This document shows, one piece after another, positions 8,246 through 20,200 of a DNA stretch of 64,000 bases. The notes beneath the pieces are model-generated. The model made no database searches, was not told the DNA's origin, and saw only the letters and a program-made list of their open reading frames with translations. The DNA comes from Acidobacteriota bacterium (GTDB lineage Bacteria > Acidobacteriota > Terriglobia > Terriglobales > Acidobacteriaceae): positions 23,790 to 87,789 of the forward strand of contig QIBA01000056.1 of assembly GCA_003225175.1 (NCBI GenBank). Direction: 5' to 3'. The position numbers were made by a program, and so were the translations under genes. Numbering within the stretch: the first letter of the stretch is position 1; the number at the start of each line of letters is the position of its first letter.

Positions 8246-8737
8246 TTGAAAGTTTTTCTGATTTTCCTCTGGCCGGGAAAGCAGAATCGAATTGTGAAAC
8301 GCAAGAATGGCGGCAAGATCCTCGTCTCGATCTGCTGCGGAGTGTTAGTAGGTGCAGCTGTAGGAGCCATCCACTGGGCGATCGTTCCTCATGAACGTGA
8401 GCTGATAACGCACATCTTTCTTGCAGACCTGGTAGCGGCGCTGAGCACGATGATCGTTTGCCTGGCGATCCAGCTACGGCAGGAAGAAGTCCATTTCGCC
8501 AGCGCCATGTCGCGCGCCGCTATCGTTTCAGAATTGAACCACCACGTAAGAAATGCGGTATTTCCGCTGTGCCTCGCAGTGCAGAAGTCCGGGGACAAAG
8601 ACGCCTCTCAGCTCGCTAATGAAGCCGTAGAGCGCATTAACGTCGCCCTCAAAGAAGCGACGGCCGATGCCATTTCGGGACGCGCGAGCTACGCCGAAGA
8701 GGCGGGAGCGAAGAACGGGAGTCTGCTCATACACTGA
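8246..8737 (+). CDS. Small membrane protein with a HisKA-like (DHp) H-box but no ATPase domain
   Basis: Two TM helices, then AAIVSELNHHVRNAVFPL resembling the xxSHELRNPL phospho-acceptor box. The protein ends ~60 aa later, with no HATPase_c. Stop overlaps the start of the next gene (ATGA). Confidence 0.5.
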   Translation: MKVFLIFLWPGKQNRIVKRKNGGKILVSICCGVLVGAAVGAIHWAIVPHERELITHIFLADLVAALSTMIVCLAIQLRQEEVHFASAMSRAAIVSELNHHVRNAVFPLCLAVQKSGDKDASQLANEAVERINVALKEATADAISGRASYAEEAGAKNGSLLIH

Positions 8738-9147
8738 TGTTTCGTGCCCTTGTAGTCGACGACGAATCTTCAATTTTGGGGCTTCTCAGAACCGTTCTGG
8801 AACTCGCCGCGTTCCATGTTGAAACTGCTACTTCCGCCAAACTAGCGACTACGCTCCTTGCTCAAGACAGCTTCGAAGTCGTTCTTACCGACATCCGAAT
8901 GGAGACTCCGACGGCAGGCTTCGATGTGATTCGAGCGGCTCGCAAGCTTCAATCCCGGCCTGCGATCGCAATCCTCACCGCGCATCCAATCTCACCTGCT
9001 GAATGGAAACCTTCCGGAGCAGATGCACTTTTCATAAAAGGCAGCGATCTGATCAATCTTCCCGACAAGCTAAAGACGCTGATGAAGCAACGGGCGCAAA
9101 GGGAGACAGCTTCAGAACCTGTTCTGCGGCGCTCCGTGAATCAATAG
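8737..9147 (+). CDS. Single-domain response regulator (CheY-like receiver)
   Basis: VVDDE acidic pocket, phospho-acceptor D in VVLTDIRM, T in ILTAH, K in FIKG. No output domain. Confidence 0.85.
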   Translation: MFRALVVDDESSILGLLRTVLELAAFHVETATSAKLATTLLAQDSFEVVLTDIRMETPTAGFDVIRAARKLQSRPAIAILTAHPISPAEWKPSGADALFIKGSDLINLPDKLKTLMKQRAQRETASEPVLRRSVNQ

Positions 9148-9206
9148 ACTTTCCAAGCAAGCATTTGTGGCGCGGCGGCTTCGGCTGTGGATGCCATTCG
9201 CGCATT

Positions 9207-10508
<1,302 letters not shown>

Positions 10509-10595
10509 TCAAGTTTGGTCAGGAGGACTGGGGACTCGGGTGATCGGGCCATCGGGTGCCCGATCACCCGATTCTTAATTTACAATTCGCTCGCA

Positions 10596-12245
10596 ATGAA
10601 ATCTCGATCTCGTCTTTTCCTGGCTCTCAGCTTCTTCCTAATCGCTCCCGCCTTTGGCTCCGCCTATCAGAATCGTCCCAAACTGATCGTAATAATCATC
10701 ATCGATCAATTCCGCGGCGACTATCTCGAACGCTACTACAATCGCTTTGGCGAAGGCGGCTTCCGCCTGCTGATGGATCACGGCGCCAATTTCACTGACT
10801 GCCACTATGACTACGCAAATACCCACACCGCTCCTGGACATGCAACCTTGTTTACCGGAGCGTACTCGGATGGACATGGCATTGGCGGGAACGAGTGGTG
10901 GGATCCGGCGCTGCGCAAAGTCGTAACCTCGGTCGAAGACAGTCGTTACCAGACGCTTAAGCCCGGTGGATCAAACGAGACCGGAGTCTCGCCGCATAAT
11001 TTGCTTGCCGACACAATCGGCGACGAGCTGCGACTCGCCACTGCTGGGAAGTCGCGTGTCTTCGGAATTTCGCTCAAAGACCGCGCCGCTGTTCTTCCTG
11101 CCGGCTACTCCGGCAGCGCCGCCTATTGGATTGATCACGAAGATGGCGCTTGGGTGAGTTCGAGCTACTACATGAAGTCTCTGCCACCGTGGATTGTGGC
11201 ATTCGAAGCGAGCGGCCCAACCAAAAAATATTTAGATAAAGAGTGGAAGGGAGCAGATGGTTCGGTTCTCGACAGCACTGCGCCCGCCATGAACGCTGCC
11301 GGACAACGACTCGGATTTTACGATCTGGTGGGCAAGACTCCGTTTGCCAACGATTATGAGTTCGACTTCGCCAAAGAACTTATCCGGCAGGAAAAGCTGG
11401 GCAGTGGATCGACGACGGATTTCTTGAGCGTCAGTTTGTCGGCAAACGATATCCTTGGACATCGCGTAGGACCTGACAGTCCCAAAATGGAAGCGATGGC
11501 TCTGGCGCTTGATCGCGAACTGGCTGAGTTCTTCGCGTTTCTCAAGCAGCAGGTAGGCCTCGAAAACGTTTGGATCGCTCTCTCCGCTGATCATGGCATC
11601 GCGCCGCTTGTGGAAAGCGCACAGACAATGCATGTTCCGGCAGCACGGCTGAACTCAGCCGGCATGGCTCAGGAAATTAATTTGAAACTGGCAGAGCGGT
11701 TTCCTCAAGCCACAGGCGGACCACGCTGTTTGCGACCTGAAGACGCCAAGCTCTGGCATCGCGAGAACACGCCGGACTTCGTAGCATCAATAAGCTGGCC
11801 GATTGCTTATCTTTGCAAAGACGATTTCGACGCTCTAAAGATCAATGAAGCGCAAGCCGAGCAAACAGTGGGCGAGGTTTTCAAGCAGCTCGGCTCCTTG
11901 CCGGCCGTTTATACACGGACGCAGCTCACGGAGGGCGCGGTCCCTCAGACCTCTTATGGGAAGCAGTACCTGCACAGTCGCGCAGAATACGGCGGGTGGT
12001 ATGTATTAGGCGAGCTGCCGCCCTTCGTCGTAGGCAACGCCACCGGGACTGACCACTCTACGCCTTACAGCTACGACACTCATGTCCCACTCGCGTTCTA
12101 CGGCACTCCCTTCAAGCCGGGAACATATCGTTCCCATGCGGAACCAGTGGACATGGTTTCGACGTTTAGCACGCTGCTCGGCATCGAGCGGCCGACGCAC
12201 TCGATTGGTAGAGTGCTCACGGAGGCCCTGAGCACGTCGCGATGA
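10596..12245 (+). CDS. Alkaline-phosphatase-superfamily (type I phosphodiesterase/nucleotide pyrophosphatase-like) secreted protein
   Basis: Signal peptide MKSRSRLFLALSFFLIAPAFG, then IIIIDQFRGDYL...HYDYANTHTAPGHATLFTG metal-site motifs. Start chosen at ATG 10596 (the listed ORF extends to 10464, overlapping serS). Confidence 0.7.
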   Translation: MKSRSRLFLALSFFLIAPAFGSAYQNRPKLIVIIIIDQFRGDYLERYYNRFGEGGFRLLMDHGANFTDCHYDYANTHTAPGHATLFTGAYSDGHGIGGNEWWDPALRKVVTSVEDSRYQTLKPGGSNETGVSPHNLLADTIGDELRLATAGKSRVFGISLKDRAAVLPAGYSGSAAYWIDHEDGAWVSSSYYMKSLPPWIVAFEASGPTKKYLDKEWKGADGSVLDSTAPAMNAAGQRLGFYDLVGKTPFANDYEFDFAKELIRQEKLGSGSTTDFLSVSLSANDILGHRVGPDSPKMEAMALALDRELAEFFAFLKQQVGLENVWIALSADHGIAPLVESAQTMHVPAARLNSAGMAQEINLKLAERFPQATGGPRCLRPEDAKLWHRENTPDFVASISWPIAYLCKDDFDALKINEAQAEQTVGEVFKQLGSLPAVYTRTQLTEGAVPQTSYGKQYLHSRAEYGGWYVLGELPPFVVGNATGTDHSTPYSYDTHVPLAFYGTPFKPGTYRSHAEPVDMVSTFSTLLGIERPTHSIGRVLTEALSTSR

Positions 12246-12248
12246 TAT

Positions 12249-12276
12249 GGTTCCGGGCCGCTCTCGGCCGGTACAC
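12249..12276. repeat. Left arm of an imperfect ~27-bp inverted repeat (partner at 12380..12406)
   Basis: ggttccgggccgctctcggccggtacac versus reverse complement of gtgtaccggaggagggcggccggaacc. The arm ends match perfectly. Confidence 0.5.
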
Positions 12277-12467
12277 TGCTGAAATATCCAGGAAAGCATT
12301 GGAGCACAAGCGTGCCTTCCGCAGATACGATTGCCGGGGGAGCTGCCTATTCCACTCGACCATCTAGATGTCTTTAGCCGTGTACCGGAGGAGGGCGGCC
12401 GGAACCACGTAATCAGAACCAGATTTTCTCCGTGACTTCGTGCCTCCGTGGTTAAATCGTCTGTAGG

Positions 12468-13415
12468 ATGAGCTCCCTCGCACTGCCGCGTAGCGGCCCC
12501 GACCTGAGCATCACTTTCTGTGGTATCACCTTTAAAAATCCAATTATCGCGGCCAGCGGAACGTTCGGATACGGCGTTGAATTCGAAGACATCGTCGCGC
12601 TCGACAAGCTCGGTGGATTCGTCGTCAAAGGACTATCACGCGACCCAATGGCCGGCAATCCGCCTCCCCGGATGTTTGAAACCGCCGCTGGCATGCTCAA
12701 CGCAATTGGCCTGCAGAACATTGGAGCAGTAGCTTTCCTTCGCGATAAACTTCCCATTCTGGCACGCAAGAAGAACATCGTAGTGATCGCGAACGTCTTC
12801 GGCTATACGCGGGAGGACTACGAAGCAGTAATTCGCGTTCTCAACGAAAGCGAGAGCATTGCAGCTTACGAACTTAACGTCTCTTGCCCGAACACAAAGC
12901 AAGGCGGCATCAGTTTCGGCAGCGATACGCATGCGTTGGAGGAAGTAGTTTCAAGCTGCAAACGGCTGGCGCGGCGTCCGCTGATCGTAAAGCTTTCGCC
13001 CAATGTGACCAGCATTCCTCTCATGGCCCGAGTAGCCGAAGAAGCCGGAGCCGACGCGCTCTCGCTTATCAATACTTTCACCGCGCTCGCGATCGATCCC
13101 GAAACGCGCAAGCCCCGAATCTCGAACTTTACCGCCGGCCTATCTGGTCCCGCAATCAAGCCAATCGCGCTCCGTATGGTGTATGAAGCCTCCAAAGCGG
13201 TGAACATCCCAGTGATCGGCATGGGCGGGATCGCAACCGGGAGTGACGTCGTTGAATTCCTGCTCGCAGGCGCTGCCGCAGTTCAGGTTGGGACGGCAAG
13301 CTACTTCGATCCGTGCGCGACAGAACACATCATCGATCAACTCTATCGCTGGTGCTTCGAACATCGCGTGAGAGATGTGAAGGAGCTGATCGGGGCACTG
13401 CAGGTGGAGGCATAG
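12468..13415 (+). CDS. pyrD: Dihydroorotate dehydrogenase catalytic subunit (class 1)
   Basis: 315 aa TIM-barrel with NVSCPNT and GGISFG motifs and an FMN-binding C-terminus IGMGGIATGSDVVEFLLAGAAAVQVGTA. Confidence 0.9.
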   Translation: MSSLALPRSGPDLSITFCGITFKNPIIAASGTFGYGVEFEDIVALDKLGGFVVKGLSRDPMAGNPPPRMFETAAGMLNAIGLQNIGAVAFLRDKLPILARKKNIVVIANVFGYTREDYEAVIRVLNESESIAAYELNVSCPNTKQGGISFGSDTHALEEVVSSCKRLARRPLIVKLSPNVTSIPLMARVAEEAGADALSLINTFTALAIDPETRKPRISNFTAGLSGPAIKPIALRMVYEASKAVNIPVIGMGGIATGSDVVEFLLAGAAAVQVGTASYFDPCATEHIIDQLYRWCFEHRVRDVKELIGALQVEA

Positions 13416-13597
13416 GACAATCGGGCGATCGAGCGAAACACGCTGTCGGCTATCGGCTGTCAGCGTTCGGCCCGTAAGGGTTGTGTGTAGCGGACCAAAA
13501 CGGCCTCCCGGCAGAACGCCGAAAGCGAATTGCCGACGGCCCCGCCTATACATCGCGATCACCGGCTCTGCGCCATGAGTGCTTCCATCTTCTTTGC

Positions 13598-13603
13598 TAT
13601 AAT
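13598..13603 (+). promoter_or_regulatory. Candidate -10 element (TATAAT) for the tRNA-Gly/tRNA-Cys transcription unit
   Basis: TATAAT lies 15 bp upstream of the tRNA-Gly 5' end. No good -35 seen. Confidence 0.3.
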
Positions 13604-13617
13604 TTAGCTAGTTCCGA

Positions 13618-13693
<76 letters not shown>

Positions 13694-13714
13694 TTTCGTC
13701 AAGTTCTAGTGTCG

Positions 13715-13738
13715 ACCCTCGCTGTTGGCGAGGGTTTT
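13715..13738 (+). terminator. Rho-independent terminator-like hairpin after tRNA-Gly
   Basis: accctcgc-tgttg-gcgagggt followed by tttt. Confidence 0.55.
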
Positions 13739-13767
13739 CGGTGTCTGAAGCCGATTCAGCGACACGG

Positions 13768-13842
13768 GGCGCGGTACCCAAGTGGTAAGGGAGAGGTCTG
13801 CAAAACCTTTATGCGTCGGTTCGATTCCGACCCGCGCCTCCA
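13768..13842 (+). tRNA. tRNA-Cys (anticodon GCA), CCA encoded
   Basis: Acceptor ggcgcgg/ccgcgcc, anticodon loop cTGCAaa, T-loop gttcgattc. Confidence 0.85.
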
Positions 13843-14016
13843 TTTTCTTTATAATCCGCTCGGCTCGTAAAGATGGCTGTCCGCTTTCGGCGATTAGCGC
13901 TCGGCCACTTTACTTTTTCGTGAACTAAATGGAAGCCTTAACTGGCCAACTTTAGCTTTCCTGAACGGAACTCTTAACTGGCCGAACGCCGAAAGCCGAG
14001 TGCCCGACAGCCATCT

Positions 14017-15294
14017 CTATTCCGGCAAAATTACAGCCTTTTCCTTCGGAATCGCTTCATAAGCGGTCTTATCAATGTTCAGGTGAGCCATTACCAGCTC
14101 GGGAGGCGTGTGCGCCAGCCATTCGGAGAGCGATAGATCCTGATACCTACTTGCCTTAAACATTTCAAGAAAACGCAGATCGGTATTGCCGGTGTTCTCA
14201 ATGTAGTGGGGCAGCGTGTTTTGCACATAGCCGACATCGCCGCCTTCGAAATCCATTGTGCGGGCGCGATGTCCGGTGGCAAGTACTGTCATTCTGCCCC
14301 TGCCGCTGATGAAATACTGCCATTCGTCGGCGTTCGGATGCCAATGGAGCTCCCGCATGCCGCCGGGATGGATGGTCACGATGGCGGCAGCAATCGTCGT
14401 TGATGCTTTGAACGTGCTGGAATCGACGATGAGAACTTCTCCGCCTCTGGTCTTTTTAGTTGGAGTTTGCTGACGCGTTCGAAACGAGAAGTCATGAGGA
14501 GAGGCGCCGAGTCTTCCCGCAGCGATCCTTTGATCCTCTTGCAGCGAATCTGGCACTGCGGCCTGAAAGATAAAGAGCTCGCCGTTGAACATCTGGCCAA
14601 CTGATTCTTTCGACATTCCGAAGTTTTTTGCGAGGACCTCCTTTGGCGTGTGGGTCACGATGTCGGACAGCAGCACGGTGCCATATTCCGAGAAGTCGCC
14701 ATCATCGAACACCAGCAGAAATTCTGCGCCATCAGGTCCGAGTCCCTGGATTGAGTGAGGAATGCCCGGCGGAAAATACCAGAGGTCTGCTTCGCCCGTG
14801 TCGCGAACAAAGCTTCGACCATCGTGATCAACGGCCGTGATTCTGGCGCTGCCGTACAGCATGAGGGCCCATTCAGCCGCGGTGTGCCAATGGAGCTCGC
14901 GGATGCCGCCAGCCGTGAGTCGCATGTTGACTCCCGCCATTGACTTCGATACTGGCAGTTCTCGCACTGTGACCTCGCGCGACCAGCCTCCCTCAAATAC
15001 CCGGCGATTCGAAAGAGAGAATGGATATTTGAAGGTCGGCACGCCACCAGCGTCGGTCACTGGCGGAACATTCACATCCGCGTTTGCCGCATCGAGCGAC
15101 TTGTTGGTTGGACCGGGATCCGAAATTCGATTCGTTCTGCCCGTCTTTACTGCTGGAGCAGCAGATTGTCCTGACGCAACATCCGTAGCTGCGAGAATCC
15201 CCGCCACGCCAGTCACTGCAGCCGATCCAAGTTCCAGAAAACTGCGACGGGAAATCTCGGTATTGTGATTGTTGTCGTCCACCACTATGGGCAC
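14017..15294 (-). CDS. Bicupin oxalate decarboxylase/oxalate oxidase family protein, Tat-secreted
   Basis: Twin-arginine motif SRRSFLELG. Two cupin domains each with ELHWH...E metal-site motifs (IRELHWHTAAEW and MRELHWHPNADEW). Confidence 0.75.
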   Translation of the reverse strand: MPIVVDDNNHNTEISRRSFLELGSAAVTGVAGILAATDVASGQSAAPAVKTGRTNRISDPGPTNKSLDAANADVNVPPVTDAGGVPTFKYPFSLSNRRVFEGGWSREVTVRELPVSKSMAGVNMRLTAGGIRELHWHTAAEWALMLYGSARITAVDHDGRSFVRDTGEADLWYFPPGIPHSIQGLGPDGAEFLLVFDDGDFSEYGTVLLSDIVTHTPKEVLAKNFGMSKESVGQMFNGELFIFQAAVPDSLQEDQRIAAGRLGASPHDFSFRTRQQTPTKKTRGGEVLIVDSSTFKASTTIAAAIVTIHPGGMRELHWHPNADEWQYFISGRGRMTVLATGHRARTMDFEGGDVGYVQNTLPHYIENTGNTDLRFLEMFKASRYQDLSLSEWLAHTPPELVMAHLNIDKTAYEAIPKEKAVILPE

Positions 15295-15695
15295 CTCGCT
15301 TGTAGCCTATGGATTTTGCGCTGAGTTTACCGCAGTGTTTCCAGGAGAATGAAGCGCGCCGCTAGTCTATATCCGTGGGACAAGAACAAAGCCAGAACTG
15401 GCCAATTTGTCCCGGCAACGATGCGCCCGAATAACTATCTCTGGCGAAGAATCAGCCCGGCCCACCAGAGGACTGCTAGACCGGAGTGCCGCTAAGAATG
15501 CGCCCATCATTAGGCGCCCCTCCGGAGCGGGAGAGAACATCAACCCTACTCCAAATCACAAAGAACACAGCGATCGTTATTCGTATCGATAGCCACGTAT
15601 TCATGAACAGTCACCTACCTCTTTTGCTTGCCGATGAATTGTTTCGATTTCTGACTAGGTGGCATCTGGTTTAAAGCGTCGCGTTTCGTTCTTTA

Positions 15696-16844
15696 TCATC
15701 GTGCCTGTGGCAGGGAAGGCATCTTTGCCGCCAGGTCCTCATCTTCTTTCTTATAGTGCTGCTCTACCTTGGCGAACTCCGCCTTCGACTCTGCCGTCTT
15801 GCCTTGTGCCTGGTAGATACGCGCTAGTCGATAATGGGCGTCGGGCTCGGATGGATCGAGTTCCATGGCTCGTTGAAGTGCGGCGATTGCGTCAGGGTAG
15901 TTCTTCTGCCGGGAGTAGATCGCTGCCAGGTCCATGTAGGCGAGCCGGAGATCGGGCTTGAGCTGGAGCGCTTTTTTCAGGAGCAGTATCGCGCCTTCGG
16001 CGTTCTGATGTCTCATCTCGACATCGCCCAGGTAAGCGACTGCCTGGGCGTGAGTTGGGTCATTGATCAGCTCGTTGTTGAATTCCTGCTTGGCTTCATC
16101 AAGCCGGTTCGCTTTTAAATAAAGATAGCCAAGTCCGAAATGGACATTCGGCTCCCGCGGGCCGACAGTTGCTGCTGCCTGAAACTCGGAAATTGCATCG
16201 ACTGTGCGATCCGAGCCGTCAAAGGCCTCGCCCAATAGCATGTGAATGGCGGCTGAGTCTGGGTTTATCCGCAGAATGTGATGGAACGTATCAATCGCGC
16301 ACGGATAATTCTTCGTCTGCAAGCAGCTCTGCGCCAATGTCTGCTGCAACTCGATGTTCGACGGATCTGCCTTCGCAGCAACTCCCAGAGTCTTCACAGC
16401 CGCCGTAAACTGCTTGGCTCCGTAGTAGCTCATTCCGAGCAGCGTTCTTGCCTGCATATTTTTCGGATCGGCCGCCAGCGCCGAGCGAAACGGCGCGATT
16501 GCTTCCTGGAACCGGCCCAGCTTGAAAAGAGCCAATCCAAGATTGAGTTGAATGCCGGCCAGCTTCGGATTGAGCGCGAGCGCTTTGCGATAGGCCCCAA
16601 CTGCCTCTTCGTATTTGCTCTGTTTCGATAAAACCACGCCTAGGCTGGCGAATGCTGCAGCGTCACGCGGATTCTGCTCCGTTACTGCGCGCCACGCCTT
16701 GGTGGCTTCGGGAAGTCTTCCTTGCTGCTCCAACATCAGGGCCTCGGAAGGAGTGGCTTGTGCATGCGCAAGCAGGGCCGAGAAAAGCACGAATGATATG
16801 GATACCAAGAATCTCATGCTCGGATGAATAGGTGAGTCTCTCAC
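15696..16844 (-). CDS. Tetratricopeptide-repeat protein with signal peptide
   Basis: Repeated ~34-aa units with the TPR consensus W-LG-Y/A-F-A-P. Confidence 0.8.
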   Translation of the reverse strand: MRDSPIHPSMRFLVSISFVLFSALLAHAQATPSEALMLEQQGRLPEATKAWRAVTEQNPRDAAAFASLGVVLSKQSKYEEAVGAYRKALALNPKLAGIQLNLGLALFKLGRFQEAIAPFRSALAADPKNMQARTLLGMSYYGAKQFTAAVKTLGVAAKADPSNIELQQTLAQSCLQTKNYPCAIDTFHHILRINPDSAAIHMLLGEAFDGSDRTVDAISEFQAAATVGPREPNVHFGLGYLYLKANRLDEAKQEFNNELINDPTHAQAVAYLGDVEMRHQNAEGAILLLKKALQLKPDLRLAYMDLAAIYSRQKNYPDAIAALQRAMELDPSEPDAHYRLARIYQAQGKTAESKAEFAKVEQHYKKEDEDLAAKMPSLPQAR

Positions 16845-17206
16845 AATGATAGAGACACAGCATGCCGCAGGCTTGTCTCAATCTCCGTTTTTTAGTTCGC
16901 GAATTTGGACAGCTCTGCCCGCCAGACTCAGGACCAATACCATGTCTCTGCGCTGGAGACGGGCAATGTGAAACCGAGGACACCGTCCTGGGTACGCCGT
17001 TGGCAAATAGGGAGCCCTGGGAAGCGGCACTGTTTGGGGACGAAACCAATGCCGTGCCTCCGGCACTCCGATCTTTCCTTTTCGACCCAGCAGTTCGTGC
17101 TGGGCTTTCTCATACCGTCGCTCCGCGACTCTTGGGCTGGATAGTCAAACCAGCCTTTGCGCCACAAACAGCGATGCAGCGTGCTGCGTCTCTGCCGAAT
17201 GAACAC

Positions 17207-17241
17207 AAAGAAAAACCCCGCCTGTGGCCGAACAGGCGGGG
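17207..17241 (-). terminator. Rho-independent terminator of the TonB-dependent receptor gene
   Basis: ccccgcctg-tggccgaa-caggcgggg, with a T-run on the minus strand (aaaaa on plus), 25 bp after the stop. Confidence 0.7.
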
Positions 17242-17266
17242 CGTGCGAGGGTTCTATACAGAGAGG

Positions 17267-20200
17267 CTAGAAGATCACCTTGGCTCCCAGTTGAAGAGTT
17301 CGGGCGTCATAGGCGCTTGTGATCTTGCCCACATCAGTACCGCCGATTGCGCTGTTGACGCCTCCACCGTTTACGTCTCCACGGAATTGGGTGTGGTTCC
17401 AAATGTTGTAGGCCTCGAAACGGAGTTCGGTATGTAGACGCTCAGTGAAGGCGATGTTCTTGAAGAGAGCCATATTCCAGTTGTCACGTCCGGGACCGCG
17501 CAACGCGTTTTTTCGCATGTTGCCGAAGATGGCGGTTGTGCTGCCCGGTATGAGGTTAATGGCAAAGGCTGACGGATCGAACCACTGAATCGTGTTGTTT
17601 CCACTCGACAGCGTTGCGGCTGTTTTCGGGTAGCTGATTGACCCAATCTGATTCGGCCGGACAGCGCAGTTCTGAACCGTCTGGCAGACATTGTTGCCGC
17701 TGACTCCAAGGTTAAGCGGCGCTCCCGATTCCATGGTCACGATTCCTGACAACTCCCATCCGCCGACGGTGTTCTTCAGCAGCGCGTTGGAACTGGAGCG
17801 GAAGAACGGAACGTTGTAGATGAAGTTGACGAAGGCAACATGCGTACGATCGAAGATCGATGGACCCCAATCGTTTTTCCAGCCGAGATACGGATTCGAT
17901 GTGTTGTTGAGATCAAAACCATCGCCGCCGGTTCCGGTGGTAGGATCCAGAGCGCGAGACCACGTGTACGCCCCCTGCAGCGAGAGGTCACGTATCTTGG
18001 ATCGCAGCTCTACCTGAAGTGAGTTGTAGTTCGAGTTCGCGCCGTTTTGGTTTAGGTTGATGCTCTTGTAGCCCAAAAAAGGAACAACCCGGTTGTACTG
18101 CGAGGCTGCCGTTGAATTAGTGATAAAGCTAGGCAGTAAGCTTGCATTTGGCAAGTTGAGTTCCTGGCGGAAGCTCAAGTACCGGTTCTGGTTTCCTACA
18201 TAGGACGTGGACAGTACAGTTTGCCGTCCAAGCTGGTGTTGAACGCCAAGACTGTATTGATAACTGGTTGGATTCTTGTAGTGCTTGGCGTCGAGCTCCT
18301 GAAGATTGTTGACTGTTACCGGAAGCGTCGCTGTACTGATATTGGCATTGGTTTGATCTACCCCGATATGCGGATCGGAAAGCGAGACATTGCTTAGCGA
18401 AGCCGATCCACCGAATAGATTATTGCCTCCAGCCTGGTACATGTCATTGCCCTGGATTCGTTCGAACATGATGCCGAGCCCTCCACGAAGCACCGTTGTT
18501 CCATGTCCAGTCAAATCATAGGCAAAGCCCAGCCGCGGTCCCCAGTTGTTCCAATGATTGTCCACTAGGCCATTGGTTACGCCCGGAGTCTTGCCCGGCA
18601 CCCCAAGACCATTTGCGTACTGCAAGAGCCCGTTGAGTGCGGGATTGGGACCGGTTGCCAGAGCAGGGCTCGCAGCTGTGCATGAAGAATTCGGAATACC
18701 AGCTCCAGAACAAATCTGTGTGCCGTTTGCGTTCGCGAACAGAGGCGCATTGGCGAGATTGTAGAGATCCGGGTAGAAGTTCGACATCTGGCCGTTGATT
18801 TCCGCCGTGTGCGGAATTCCATCCCAACGCAGGCCGAGGTTGAGGGTCAGACGCCTGGTGGCTCGCCAGTTATCCTGAACATATCCAAACCAGGAAACAC
18901 TGTTCCAGTTTCGGTCGTCTTTGAGGGCAGCTTCGCTGTAGCCGCTGGAGAGGCCAAGCAGGAAATCGGCAAAATCGTAGCCGGTGAAATTCCCGTTAAA
19001 TCCGAAGTTGCCCTGGGTGGTTGTCTGCAATGGTTGCAGCTTGCGGAAGTTCAACCATCCGCCGCCGAACTTCCACTGATGAGTTCCCCTCGTCCAGGAC
19101 AGGTCATCGCGAATTTGATAGCTGTCGGCAACATTGCTCCATGGCCACCAGTTCGCGTCGTAACGCGATCCTGTCTTTCCACCCGCGTTCAGGTTGATGA
19201 TTGGAGTGACGTCGGTCGTACTGCCAAACAGCTTATGCTGCGAGAAGCCCGTATCGGTCAACTTGTACTTGCCGGCAGGAAGAATGTTGATGCGATTGCC
19301 GCCATAGTTGAACGCTACTTCGTTGAGTAAGGTCGGGCTAATGATATTCGTTGCATGAACGACCGCGCTGTACGAGGGATTGCCGAATGTGTCGTAGACA
19401 GTAGGCAGGTTCGCGCCACCGCTCCAGCGTGTAGGAATATCGGTCTGCAGAATCTGTTCTGCAATGAAATGCCCGAAGACGGAAAACTTTTCGTTGAAGG
19501 TATGGTCAATCCTGACCAGTTCCTCTTTCACGTTCGTGGGCGAATCCGCGCCGCCAATGAATGTCCGCCCCGAAGTGGGAGCTGGGAATATTCCAGCTTT
19601 TAGCAACGCCTGCGCATTGACATCGAGCAGAGATGCGGCGATGGTGTTGTTGGGAAAGGGTTGGCCCGAACTAAGACGCGCAGCGGTAAATTTCGCCTGC
19701 TGCGCGGAAGAAAGCGTGGAGAAGTTCGGTACGTGCAGGTTCGTTTGGCCGGTATTTAGAACGCCGCCGAAGTTGAGAGCTTCGTTCATGTTTCCGGCAT
19801 ACGTGCTGGGGAATGGGACATTCGTCCTCAGGGCTCCACCCTGGATCAGATCGCGCCATTCCATGTTGTAGAAGAAGAAAGTCTTGGGATCGGAGCCGCT
19901 CTTGAACTTCACTGGCCCACCGACGTTGAAGCCGTAAGTGTTAAACCGCAGCTTCGGCATCTTGTTTTCTGAACCATTCGCGTTAAATCTGGGAGTGAAA
20001 AAGTTTCGAGCGTTGAATGCATCGTTGCGCCCGAACCACCAGCCCGAGGCATGCAAGGTCCTGGTACCGGACTTGAGCGCTGAAGTCACGGTTGCCGAAG
20101 ATGACAGCCCATATTCCGCGCTGTAGTTGGACGTCAACTGCCGGAACTCGGCAATGGCATCGATCGAAGGCATCACAATCGCGCCGGAACCACCTCTATC

